Notes under the pieces: generated by a model
The model's input: the letters and a program-made list of their open reading frames with translations, nothing else
Told to the model about the DNA's origin: nothing
Databases searched by the model: none
Source: a virus
Strand: one strand, 5' to 3'
IMG/VR virus record: IMGVR_UViG_3300029922_000004
DNA: 64,000 bases
Translations under genes and position numbers: made by a program
Shown here: one piece after another, positions 29,201 through 38,236 of the stretch
How positions within the stretch are numbered: position 1 is the first letter of the stretch
Layout: each line of letters opens with the position of its first letter

Positions 29201-30961
29201 AATGGAGGCAATGTCACTATTAACCCCACCGTTCAGTTTGTGGCGGGCGATACTGGTATTTCTTGTAGTCCTACTAACGTTGTAAGTTATGGTGGATTCG
29301 TTAGAGACAATGATTCAATTCCAGAAGATGTTATTCAAGAACAAATCCCGCCGCCAAACGCAGGATATGGGGATGTTTTTTCTTATAAATTTGTAGGCTC
29401 GTGGGCTTATCGTGGAGCGAATCAAACTTACGTACCCGGAACTTTAAAAGATACTAGGGGACTTCAAGAAACGTGGGGTAGGTTGCTAGACTACGGAACT
29501 TTGGTTCAATATAATGTAACGTTGGCCCAAGAAGATGGAGATTTTTTGTATGGTAGGAATCATCTCCCAGTTTGCAGCAATAATACTATGGTAACCGCCC
29601 AAGATGGCATTAAAGTCATAGTAGATGGGGTTGTTCATTGGGCTAATATGCAGAGTCCAATCGTGGATACTGACGGAAGATATGGGGTTTTGTGGAATCA
29701 ACTAGGAAATGCCGGTGAACTTTATGTTCCATCTGACATGACAAGTAATGGGGGAATCGCAAGTTGGAGTCCCGGTGTTGGTCAATGGCAGTATGGTAAC
29801 AATTTGGGAACAATACATTCTTTCGGATGGGATAGTCAACTAGCCGACATAACTAAAATAGGAAATGGCGGTTTTGATAATACCAGCCTACAAACTTTGA
29901 AAAAGAACCTTTTGGGTGGTGGGGCTTTGGGTGGAGAAAACTGTGGATGGAATAAGTATGGTTTAGGTAGGAATATGGCTTATTGGATTGAAGGATTTAG
30001 TTCCTTTTATTTATATTGTGACTCGCTTAAGAAAAAGAACATCACTAATTATAATTACATGAATCCCGGCTTGAGGCAGACTAACAGTTCAGTGCAATAT
30101 TTCTGGCTCGGTAAACCTAATAACAGCTATTTAGATAGGTATCCTCTTTTCGGCCCTTATGCTTATCAGTGGAAAACCTATCCACACAACAGAGATAGAA
30201 ACGGTAATGGAATATCAGAGGGGTTATATTCCTATGGATGGAATACTAATTATACTTTACAATATGATGCTCCCGCGATTTATGGATTATTTATGAAGTA
30301 TGGTAGTTCTAATAGAGATAAGGCCACTATTAACGCGGCTAGAGCATCTGTGTTCGGCCCTAATCCCACATCAGTCACCTCTACTCGGTTCGGCTTTACA
30401 AATGGAGATGGGGGTACGCGAGGACAGTACGGAAATATTTGGTTGGGCAATATCTCAGACCCGGGAAATGCGACAAGAGATTACGTTAATTCTGGGGTTT
30501 TTAACGCAGAGACTCAAGAAATGAATTTGTACGGATGTTCCGATGAAGATTTGTTGGCGGGAAGATGTTTTGACCCCTGCTTGAGTATGAGATATCAATT
30601 TGGATTCCTTCCGGGCGGGAAGAGACAGGATATGACAACAAATTATCCCGGCGGTTCTGGTTATAGAATTGTTGCTAATGCCCCAGTCATAAACAATGCT
30701 CCCGTAACCCAAACGCAAGATGTAAATGGAACATTTTTCCGTGGGGCTTTTGGAACCCCTCATATACAATATTTGAAAACTCAAGTGGGTGCCATATTAA
30801 CACATGAATTAAATGGTTTATCTCCTTGTTTCGATGGGGGCGCTGACCACTGCAACTATATCACCCCGACTCTTAATATCGGTTCTTCTATGTATTTAGA
30901 ATCAACAACATCAAACTTTTTTGCGAATGCGAATTTAGCAACTCAATCGGTCAATCTCTAA
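26210..30961 (+). CDS. Large virion/tail-associated protein with an Ig-like domain
   Basis: 1583 aa, Cys/Gly/Asn/Tyr-rich. PIFIRQP...VGQSPTFRSLA...LSYKWY...YYYFC...IRISEPSEL resembles an I-set Ig pattern. Confidence 0.6.
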   Translation: MDFTSTTGNIIVGNVFEGAYSIPILPTGYVDGSPFYYALINQGINPSGITGTFVYFQSGNEFIDSGYLLSGLIGQSQVLSGATSSPSNASGYLFYRINASIYGTCCGVGSDANVWFSGYSFYNAFHPGGYYSPPFGENLSVYKQNQDGTSSLSEVGSCDSLTTTEYNDIFGINTQLDDLINDSSDSATAYINSPAIACPQDLSVTYYWHETDYNIIAGTSSAIAGNTFYNTNPIPTSLDNFYVKTNLRYATSGSGLGILVDNGDGTKTEEILETILYDSSGRPIPAYPTFDGGVSGHANSDIFNTQTCPGYIAENGIAIGQNTESQLIDVADASQGSDGHFDFFNWWNIWHFLPKENSDGFPFSNGYSNSGNVGLTTDTDGNQGSSLFEYSLADSDAYWDRRQCPEAISFLPHTFGASIFACPQYYLDVPYYAANKKFGFYGTRFLNGCVSLEMDYPTGTTPNVSDLPTGYTYITPQEIEPSPDAGINWSFPNYTNLLRIAAAEEKQSDFYALNKSFFLWTNSGLVTQSSDFAVLTGNSGFYPLFLSLFGQYNNYFPSGTGDFVNKNSGLFESGVGSIFYDTGTTYEFLGNNDNYILFKNQLTSILTGINEINSWASIESQYACGVLDSNGNIASDFYGALNSGKQSRLQTRYFENYVKGNPIDLYPTNKITFSYDHAGDFINSSGWGKSPFGFGLNSSFADSGLTRRYFVGAYGDGEDISELTNFISQTANINNGAFYPGYFDNNQNMELPEPTYTPVLTGSGSMNGGTFNPLPNGWMAMGYNGVGEMKNNFSCFTPIFIRQPFNKTYCKVGQSPTFRSLAVDYHTIPEDKINIRYPEIVYWAEKLKMIDTNYNNLYPLSYKWYRIPTGSCTGSNGQASFSNFLLNPNFELLDPSNPTGDWCALEGDGPICTLIHPTGCVPAFTPNGAWAYPNIDTPIYKTAQQNNFYMTKKKGAIKGVDDQYYYFCMTRGRFGIRISEPSELFIEDWLKFDLSIQNGGNVTINPTVQFVAGDTGISCSPTNVVSYGGFVRDNDSIPEDVIQEQIPPPNAGYGDVFSYKFVGSWAYRGANQTYVPGTLKDTRGLQETWGRLLDYGTLVQYNVTLAQEDGDFLYGRNHLPVCSNNTMVTAQDGIKVIVDGVVHWANMQSPIVDTDGRYGVLWNQLGNAGELYVPSDMTSNGGIASWSPGVGQWQYGNNLGTIHSFGWDSQLADITKIGNGGFDNTSLQTLKKNLLGGGALGGENCGWNKYGLGRNMAYWIEGFSSFYLYCDSLKKKNITNYNYMNPGLRQTNSSVQYFWLGKPNNSYLDRYPLFGPYAYQWKTYPHNRDRNGNGISEGLYSYGWNTNYTLQYDAPAIYGLFMKYGSSNRDKATINAARASVFGPNPTSVTSTRFGFTNGDGGTRGQYGNIWLGNISDPGNATRDYVNSGVFNAETQEMNLYGCSDEDLLAGRCFDPCLSMRYQFGFLPGGKRQDMTTNYPGGSGYRIVANAPVINNAPVTQTQDVNGTFFRGAFGTPHIQYLKTQVGAILTHELNGLSPCFDGGADHCNYITPTLNIGSSMYLESTTSNFFANANLATQSVNL

Positions 30962-30971
30962 TATAATAAAC

Positions 30972-33900
30972 GTGAGTCTTATAAGTCAAATTTACGGGTT
31001 AGCGGCTTCTGCGATATATATACGCTGCGGTTCTGGAAGCAATACCTCTTTAGTTTTACAAGCTTTGAGTAGCGGGCTTGGTGCAACCACTGGGGATGGG
31101 GCTTATGCTTATAATTTATTCTTACAAACCAACCCATTTACTTCTAGTGGTTTCGGCGGAAGCTCTTTATACCAAACACAATTAGAATCGGCGGTATCTT
31201 TATTTGAACCAAACACTTATAGTAAAATAGGTACGGCGGCTATTATTTATGGATTTGCAAACTTCCCCAACGCTGACGAGTCGATTATCACAGAAAAAAT
31301 CAACACTTATTGCCAAGGGGTAACTACCCTTCTCGGAGAAAGCAATAATTATTTTCCACAAAGCGGTCTAGATTATATTCTAGGTCAAATTAATCTTTCT
31401 TTAATAAATTCGGGTATTGCTGAGTCTCCTGAAAACATTACTGGAGTTTCTATCAATTACAACTGGTATAATTCCGCCCCATTATTTGCTAATCCAAATC
31501 CAGATTCTACATTAATCAGAGACGTTGAAAATCAGTATTATTATTTAACGGGACGATTAATTTATTCATCTCTTCCTACTGCACAACCATGTATAGAATA
31601 TATTCGTAATATACAAACGCCCACCGGTATTATCACACTTTCAGTCATTCAGAATACTCCATGTTATGACCCTTCATCCTATATTGGGCCTTATTCAGGG
31701 ATAAATTTTTATAGAGAGTTCAATGACGGCCCCGGAAGTTCTGGGTACTTCGACCTACCTACACTGCAAGAGTTTGTAAATTTGGACAAGGCTATTTTAA
31801 AACCTCACGATTATTCTAGTAATGTGGTGGTTGCTTATTCCCACGAAAAAGACGCCAGCGGTAATTATATTTACCTTGATTCTGGAATGGTAAATGATAT
31901 ACCGGGATTTTATAGTTCGGGGGGCGAATATGGTCATGGTGTTACTAATTTTATTACCAATGATAAATACTGCCCTTGGGAAAATTACCAATTAGAGGGC
32001 GCTCCTTTGATGAGAATGCATCAGGGAGACTCACAAGAAAAATGGTACATTTATAAATACTGCCTTGGATTCAATAGTTATGGGAGTTGCACTGGGTGCG
32101 GTTATCAAAGCGGGTTGTATAACTGGACTGGATGGAAATTCGCCCCGGCGACATTAACAATTCCGCCGAAAAGTCTTATTTCAATTAATATGAACCCAAA
32201 AATGGGTAGTGGGGAAATTTTAAATCGCGTATTGAATCTGGATAATTATCAGAATATAGATTCGAGTATAACTTCCCCTTATTTAAGCGCATATGATTCT
32301 GGTGACGGGGTATTGACTTGCGATGCTTACGTAGGCCCCCCGCAACTTAATGGACAATCTACGATGCCGGGATTTGTTTTTTATCAAACGTTTGATAGCT
32401 ATAATTTTCCAAACACAGGAACAAAAGCAGCCGTAAAAATAAGGGCTGCGGTTGAAAATTCCGATAGGAGTTTTACTATCTCGTCTATTGATTTGGCTTC
32501 TGGATTAGACCCGACTAACCATCTCGTCGGTGGGGGTCACGCAAGCGCGAGCATCATTAAAGTTATCAATTCTTCTGGTCAGTCAGATGACGTTTTACAA
32601 AGCTGTTTGACCATTGGAAATAATTTCGGCAATGTCGCCAGCGGGACTTCTTCACTAGAATCAAACGCGGGATTCTTATATACTGGCTATACTTATTACA
32701 TTAGTGGAAATCCAGTCAATATCTTTGACTTAATGCAGTCTGACTCTTCTACTGTCGGTTCTAAATATTCTCAACTAAAATACGTCGGTGGATATGCAAG
32801 CGGTGTTACTAATTTTTCAATCAGCGACCAATATGCCTTTATAGTCACCGGCGATACTCAAACTGGTATAAACTACACAGGTAAATTATTTTATTATTCT
32901 TATTTTAATGATGGGGTTTTGGGAGCTATGAATACAGGATGGACGGGAAATTTTGCTCCGATTCCAGATGTAGTCGCTAATAATTTACCATACTTCAATC
33001 CTAATTATACGACCCAGCCTGTAGAGAACTATTTACCGCGATATTCAACTGGACCATATCTAACTTATAATAATAAATTCTTATATCCTAATGCCAACTT
33101 TTTCGCTAATTTATACGACTCTAATACTAATGGATTCCCAGTGTCGGTCAATTATGTTATCACTATTAAAGAGGAGACTGTAAGAGAAATTTGTTTGACT
33201 TCTGGATTCGGCGGACAGGTCAATAATAGTTATGTAGTTAGAGCGTCTGCTGCAAGTAATCCGTCTGGCATAGGTACTTTAATGGCTACACCGTTTATTC
33301 CCAACGATTCACTTTATACATATACTTACGATTTTACGCGAAACCAGACGCTTTATCCTGAAAATGGAAATTTTATAAATGAGGCTAATCTAGGAGTGAA
33401 TTTAGTTAATAAAAACTACGTTCCTGATACTAATGGCTGTCCTCAAACAAATGTCAATTCTACACAATATAATTCTAATAATTTATTGTTTAACGCGGGA
33501 GTAAGATATACTGGCCAATTGATAGCTCGAAATATCTATACTGGTACTGCTGGTCAAACCGTAACAGTCAGTGTTTCGGAACCGATAGGCAATGGATTAT
33601 ATTGGGGATATAACGGCTCGCAGATTAGCGGTACTCTTTTATACGCGCCGCCAGTATTCGATTTAGAGACCTACTCTATTAGTCCTTCTAATAATTTGAA
33701 TACTTCGATGATTTTGAACAACATGTATTTAACTAGCCCCGTTTTTTCCAATAATGGTTCTATTAGATATGGCAGTCTTTATGACGGGAACGGAAACTAT
33801 AATGGAAAAGACCCTATATTTTACCAGTATGTCGGGGGGAGAAGCGGAACCAACTCTCAATCCGAGGGGGGTTATCATAGCAGTGGGATAATTGGTGACG

Positions 33901-35603
33901 CTTGGTATAACTTTAATGATGTAAATTGGGGTAATAATTATTATTACTGCAATGATGGGAGAAGTTATGTTCGTTGGCCAGAAAGCGACCAGTCTTTATT
34001 TTTAACAGCATTAACTTCTGGCGGGTTAAATGTATTTGCTAGGAACATGAATTATTATCCTTACTACCTTAATTGGAAGTATAATCCATATACTCTAAGC
34101 ACTCTCCCGACGTATCCGGGGGTATCTGTCACGCCAAGAAAGCTTGGAAGCCAATATTTCTTTGATTTTAACCTAAAAAATAACTTTCCTTTACAAACTG
34201 GGATTGGTGCCGGACTTAACATCGGTCCATTTGATAGGGATATTGAGTTGTGTATTACGGGGCAAAATTCCATAATTCCTAGTGGATACCTGATTATAGA
34301 TGGGGAAATATTAACAGACCCGTCTGCCAATGGGGATGGTTGCGCCTCTAATAACGTGGAGGGCTTTAAAATTAATAGTGGGATAATCCCCAATCAGGGA
34401 AACAGGAATGTCTTTACTACTTTCAAGTTAGTACCATCTGGAAGTATTAGTAATATTAACATATCTGGAACTGGAGTAATTGGTTTGAATTATAACTCTA
34501 TAGTAACTATCAGGCCAAGAACATGTTTCGGCGCGGTTGATTATAGCGCAATTCCTTCGGATTCCCTTCTGTCGGGCGATGTCGGCGTGATGGACAATTT
34601 CTTGTATATTACTAACGGCACAGAAAGCTTGTTTAATTTTCCGATGACTAATAATATTAGTTCGTTAGTTGGCTCAAAAATTGCCTTAACTACTGTTCCG
34701 CGAATAGAGGTTTTGTTTCCGGTGCCGGGGAGTGATTTTGATACGATTCTTAATCCCACGATTGATTCTTTCGGTAATAAGACTTATAGACAAGCTAATC
34801 CCACCCAATATTATTGGTCTCAAAAAACTCCGGGCGCAATGTATAGCGGATTACGAGAAACTACGCGAGTTTATCTTCATATTGACTCCCTATCGGCAAA
34901 CATAGGACAGACACCATACCAAGCCTACCAAACCATTATTCCATCGGGTTCATGCACTATTAGCGGAACTTTTGCTTATACTGGTCAGGCTGAGAGTTCA
35001 ATATTGACTGACGGAATAGTTTTGTCGGGAATATCAGGAGCGAGTTCACTGACTGGAATATTTACCCCAATTTACGTTTCTGACGTAATGCAAAGATTAC
35101 CGAGCGGGATAGAAGTTCTGCCTTCAGGAAGTGGTATAAGTCCGGTGTTATCTGCGCCGTCTTATATGAAGAAGAGGAAGAATTATTTTCAAATTACGGG
35201 CGGGGACGCTTATATAGAGACCTCACCTGTTCCTACTGGATTTTCGTATTACTACAACGCCTTCTTATGGCCAGCGTGGAGCGATTTAGCCCTGTTAAAT
35301 CCTAATATAGTATATGAGGCGATGCCGCCGGACGACGGGAATACTTTTTTGGGTAGTTATCTAACTTTTAGTGCGTGTCAAGGGCAAAATGTGGGAACAG
35401 GTTATAATCCTATTGAGAATGTAACTTATGGAGTTACTAGTCAGTGGGCGTTTTTGGATGGTATTTCAACTAATGCTCTTTATAATACGGGTAAGTGTAT
35501 ATTTTCGGGAGCGGCGGGGCAGACTACTTTAACCAGTGGAAATCTTTCGGGAATATTAACGGCACAGGGAAATTCGTTGACGATGGCTATTAATTTAAGA
35601 TAA
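30972..35603 (+). CDS. Large virion/tail-associated protein, (S/T)-G rich
   Basis: 1543 aa, co-oriented with and 10 nt after the previous gene, same composition. Confidence 0.6.
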   Translation: MSLISQIYGLAASAIYIRCGSGSNTSLVLQALSSGLGATTGDGAYAYNLFLQTNPFTSSGFGGSSLYQTQLESAVSLFEPNTYSKIGTAAIIYGFANFPNADESIITEKINTYCQGVTTLLGESNNYFPQSGLDYILGQINLSLINSGIAESPENITGVSINYNWYNSAPLFANPNPDSTLIRDVENQYYYLTGRLIYSSLPTAQPCIEYIRNIQTPTGIITLSVIQNTPCYDPSSYIGPYSGINFYREFNDGPGSSGYFDLPTLQEFVNLDKAILKPHDYSSNVVVAYSHEKDASGNYIYLDSGMVNDIPGFYSSGGEYGHGVTNFITNDKYCPWENYQLEGAPLMRMHQGDSQEKWYIYKYCLGFNSYGSCTGCGYQSGLYNWTGWKFAPATLTIPPKSLISINMNPKMGSGEILNRVLNLDNYQNIDSSITSPYLSAYDSGDGVLTCDAYVGPPQLNGQSTMPGFVFYQTFDSYNFPNTGTKAAVKIRAAVENSDRSFTISSIDLASGLDPTNHLVGGGHASASIIKVINSSGQSDDVLQSCLTIGNNFGNVASGTSSLESNAGFLYTGYTYYISGNPVNIFDLMQSDSSTVGSKYSQLKYVGGYASGVTNFSISDQYAFIVTGDTQTGINYTGKLFYYSYFNDGVLGAMNTGWTGNFAPIPDVVANNLPYFNPNYTTQPVENYLPRYSTGPYLTYNNKFLYPNANFFANLYDSNTNGFPVSVNYVITIKEETVREICLTSGFGGQVNNSYVVRASAASNPSGIGTLMATPFIPNDSLYTYTYDFTRNQTLYPENGNFINEANLGVNLVNKNYVPDTNGCPQTNVNSTQYNSNNLLFNAGVRYTGQLIARNIYTGTAGQTVTVSVSEPIGNGLYWGYNGSQISGTLLYAPPVFDLETYSISPSNNLNTSMILNNMYLTSPVFSNNGSIRYGSLYDGNGNYNGKDPIFYQYVGGRSGTNSQSEGGYHSSGIIGDAWYNFNDVNWGNNYYYCNDGRSYVRWPESDQSLFLTALTSGGLNVFARNMNYYPYYLNWKYNPYTLSTLPTYPGVSVTPRKLGSQYFFDFNLKNNFPLQTGIGAGLNIGPFDRDIELCITGQNSIIPSGYLIIDGEILTDPSANGDGCASNNVEGFKINSGIIPNQGNRNVFTTFKLVPSGSISNINISGTGVIGLNYNSIVTIRPRTCFGAVDYSAIPSDSLLSGDVGVMDNFLYITNGTESLFNFPMTNNISSLVGSKIALTTVPRIEVLFPVPGSDFDTILNPTIDSFGNKTYRQANPTQYYWSQKTPGAMYSGLRETTRVYLHIDSLSANIGQTPYQAYQTIIPSGSCTISGTFAYTGQAESSILTDGIVLSGISGASSLTGIFTPIYVSDVMQRLPSGIEVLPSGSGISPVLSAPSYMKKRKNYFQITGGDAYIETSPVPTGFSYYYNAFLWPAWSDLALLNPNIVYEAMPPDDGNTFLGSYLTFSACQGQNVGTGYNPIENVTYGVTSQWAFLDGISTNALYNTGKCIFSGAAGQTTLTSGNLSGILTAQGNSLTMAINLR

Positions 35604-35910
35604 CTTCTCCCTTGATAATTGTAAAATGAGCGGGGCAAGATTTTTCTTTTCTTGATACGGGATGGTCTTTAATACTTGGCTCAATCGAAACTAAGTCATA
35701 AGCATTTAAAGCATTTCCCTCTGGAGGGAAGGTCCACTTCCAGACCGCTAAAAGCGGTTGTGCTTGTTCGTTTAACAGGGCATGGATAGCGATAAGTTTC
35801 CCACAAACGGGACAGTCAAAAGCGATAGTATGACAACGATTTAAAGGTTCGGGTAAAAGATTATTAGTCCAGCCGCCGAGAATAGATGGATTTAATTGAG
35901 AAAATTTCAT
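35590..35910 (-). CDS. Small Cys/His protein (DUF6527-like pattern)
   Basis: FDCPVCG...W...SIEPSI...CPAHFTIIKG. Confidence 0.5.
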   Translation of the reverse strand: MKFSQLNPSILGGWTNNLLPEPLNRCHTIAFDCPVCGKLIAIHALLNEQAQPLLAVWKWTFPPEGNALNAYDLVSIEPSIKDHPVSRKEKSCPAHFTIIKGEVILN

Positions 35911-36140
35911 TTAATTGGTTTTCCCGTCTCCCAATCCAGTTCTCTTCCTTTGGAGTCATAATAATATTCTGGATATGCTTTTTGACCGCATTTTTCATGC
36001 CAAGGACAATCCATATGAATTTCGGAGGTTTGTTTGGGGACATATTCTTCAAGATATTCTCGCTCGAATAGTGAAGTTCGAGGACACCCTTTATGAAGGC
36101 AACGTATTTTTACAAAGTTTTTTCTCCAATTATTTTTCAT
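35907..36140 (-). CDS. Hypothetical Cys/His-rich protein
   Basis: 77 aa, CLHKGC...CPWHEKC, 4-bp overlap with the downstream gene. Confidence 0.55.
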   Translation of the reverse strand: MKNNWRKNFVKIRCLHKGCPRTSLFEREYLEEYVPKQTSEIHMDCPWHEKCGQKAYPEYYYDSKGRELDWETGKPIK

Positions 36141-36142
36141 AA

Positions 36143-37363
36143 TTATTTAATATCCTTAAGGTCACTTAATTTGTCGTAGATTGAATTTTGTTGCGAGGCC
36201 ACTGAATCCGCGAATAAACTATCATCGGCTGTTTTTGACCCGCTTACTATAACTACCGAACCTTCGGGCGGAATACCGTTATTCATCGTTTTACAATCTT
36301 CTAGCTTATTAGGACGCCATTTGGTTTCCTTAGTGTTTTCGCCGAGGCCGAATAACATCACCTTTATAGACCCGCTTTCGTCGGAGATTTGAAAATTCGC
36401 GTAGGGAGTTCCGGCTTTGGACTTGGTAACTTTAACTTCGTCAATCTTGCCGATGAAGTCGCAGTGGTTCTTTTCTTCTAGTTTTTTCACTTCGGAGATT
36501 GGAATTAGGGTGGACTTTTTGTGGAGGAAGATGTCGCGGAGTTTTTTGCCGGTATTGTAACCGAGGAGTTTTTCGGAATAAAAATAATTTGCAAAATCAA
36601 GGCTAATTTTGTTTTTGTTATAAATTTCCTTGTATTTTTGTGAATTCCGCTTAATTGTTTCAAAACGAGAAGGTTTAATCAAAGGTTTGCCCTTTTCATC
36701 CTTGACTACTTCTACTAATGCTTTAACTGTCTTGGCTACATTGTCTTCGTAGTTTTTGGCGTATTTGGCGACGTTGAGTTTTTCATGGTCTTTTAAAAGA
36801 TTCCAAAGTTGAGCTTCGTAGACGAGTAGGACGCGATTCTTACCGAGAGAGTCTAAACATCCCGCCTGAATGATTGCGCTGATTATCCCAATACCTAAAC
36901 CCGCTTTTTTGGCGGAAGAGAATAACTCAAATTTACTAGCATATTGACGTTGGAAATTATTGAATTTTTCCATTGTTTTTTCGCTGATACCCTTGATAGA
37001 CGCCAGACCGAAACGAATATTCTTATCTTCAATTGCGAAGTCCATGCCGGATAAAGTCAAACTCGGCGGAAGTAATTCCACCCCAAAAGACGACATCTCT
37101 TTATGAATTTTAGAAATTTCGCCAATCGGGTCAGGCTCATTGCGAGTCATTTTTAATAGAGAAAGATAGAATTGAGTTGGATAATTGAACTTGAGGTAAA
37201 CGGTTTGAGCGGTAAGGATAGAATATGCAAAAGAATGGCTATTGCTAGTCACCATGCCTTCAGCATAGAAGTTATGGTCTTTGTGGTCAACTTCTAAATC
37301 AATTGTAGGCTTAACCCCAATCGGTTTGATAGAAATGATTTTTTGTTTTTTTACAGTTTTCAT
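36143..37363 (-). CDS. dnaE: DNA polymerase III alpha (DnaE), C-terminal part, with N-terminal split-intein C fragment
   Basis: After the intein: SHSFAYS...YLKFNYPTQFY, IRFGLASIKGIS, IIQAGCLDSL, and an OB-fold (KSKAGTPYANFQISDESGSIKVMLF). Confidence 0.92.
   Translation of the reverse strand: MKTVKKQKIISIKPIGVKPTIDLEVDHKDHNFYAEGMVTSNSHSFAYSILTAQTVYLKFNYPTQFYLSLLKMTRNEPDPIGEISKIHKEMSSFGVELLPPSLTLSGMDFAIEDKNIRFGLASIKGISEKTMEKFNNFQRQYASKFELFSSAKKAGLGIGIISAIIQAGCLDSLGKNRVLLVYEAQLWNLLKDHEKLNVAKYAKNYEDNVAKTVKALVEVVKDEKGKPLIKPSRFETIKRNSQKYKEIYNKNKISLDFANYFYSEKLLGYNTGKKLRDIFLHKKSTLIPISEVKKLEEKNHCDFIGKIDEVKVTKSKAGTPYANFQISDESGSIKVMLFGLGENTKETKWRPNKLEDCKTMNNGIPPEGSVVIVSGSKTADDSLFADSVASQQNSIYDKLSDLKDIK
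37241..37363 (-). other. Split intein C-fragment (41 aa)
   Basis: MKTVKKQKIISIKPIGVKPTIDLEVDHKDHNFYAEGMVTSN|S: blocks F and G, terminal Asn, Ser+1. Confidence 0.92.
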
Positions 37364-37371
37364 AAATTTAT

Positions 37372-37378
37372 GTGTAAT
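37372..37378 (+). promoter_or_regulatory. GTGTAAT box (putative late promoter)
   Basis: 9 nt before the ATG at 37388. Confidence 0.6.
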
Positions 37379-37387
37379 ATATATTGA

Positions 37388-38236
37388 ATGAATAACATTA
37401 TTGATTTAATAGGCCAAGATAAAGAAATAACCACACTAACAGATATCGTATATCATACGTTCCCGTTAAAGGATTTTGGTTCTTTAAGAGAGATTCGGGC
37501 TTTTTTACATAAAAATGGAGGTATTTATTCTTGGTTTGATTCAGAGACGCGAAAAATATACATAGGCAGCAGTAAAAATTTATGGAGACGATTTCTTTCA
37601 TATAAAAATTCCTTCTTTTATGGTAAAACAAAAAGAGTAAATATTAAATTGCTTCATAGGGTTGAAAAAGTAGGAATTAAAAATATCAAATTCTTTGTAT
37701 TGGAGCTTTTTAATAAAGAAGAGCTAGAACTTAGAAAACTAGAGCAGGAATATCTTGATAAATGTCTACCATTTGGTAAAAATGGATTTAATATACGTAA
37801 AAGCACCATTGTATATAAACCCAAACTCTTACCACAAGAAGTAATTGATAAGATAATCGAAACCCACACTGGGGAAAATTCTTCAAATGCTATCTTGACT
37901 AATGATGCCGTTTTATTAATAAAAAAACAATTAATTAGCGGCGTAAAACTTAAACCCATCTCCAAAGAATTTAAAGTATCAACTACGGTCATTAGTAATA
38001 TCAAAAGAGGCCTTACTTGGTCGCATATAAAATTATCCGAAAAAGAAGAAGAGCAATTAAAATTACTCGTCGAGCGCGATAAACGGCTCAATCTTCCACG
38101 CGAACTCATAAAATCCATTAAACGAGACATAAAATCTGGTATAAAAATGAATTTACTTGCTAAAAAATATAATTTAGGATACACTTGTATAACTGGTTTA
38201 AAATATGGTTCTTTTTATAAAGAAATCAATCCGTAA
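37388..38236 (+). mobile_element. GIY-YIG homing endonuclease, antisense between the dnaE halves
   Basis: GGIYSWFDSETRKIYIGSSKNLWRR, EQEYLD, GFN, then HTGENSSNAILT and two HTH-like repeats. Confidence 0.88.

Noticed and set aside
37654-38184. 176-aa minus-strand ORF between the dnaE halves, as a possible missing polymerase or intein segment
   Set aside because: It is the antisense shadow of the GIY-YIG gene, has no polymerase or intein motifs, and the exteins already join seamlessly (FNK/SHS).
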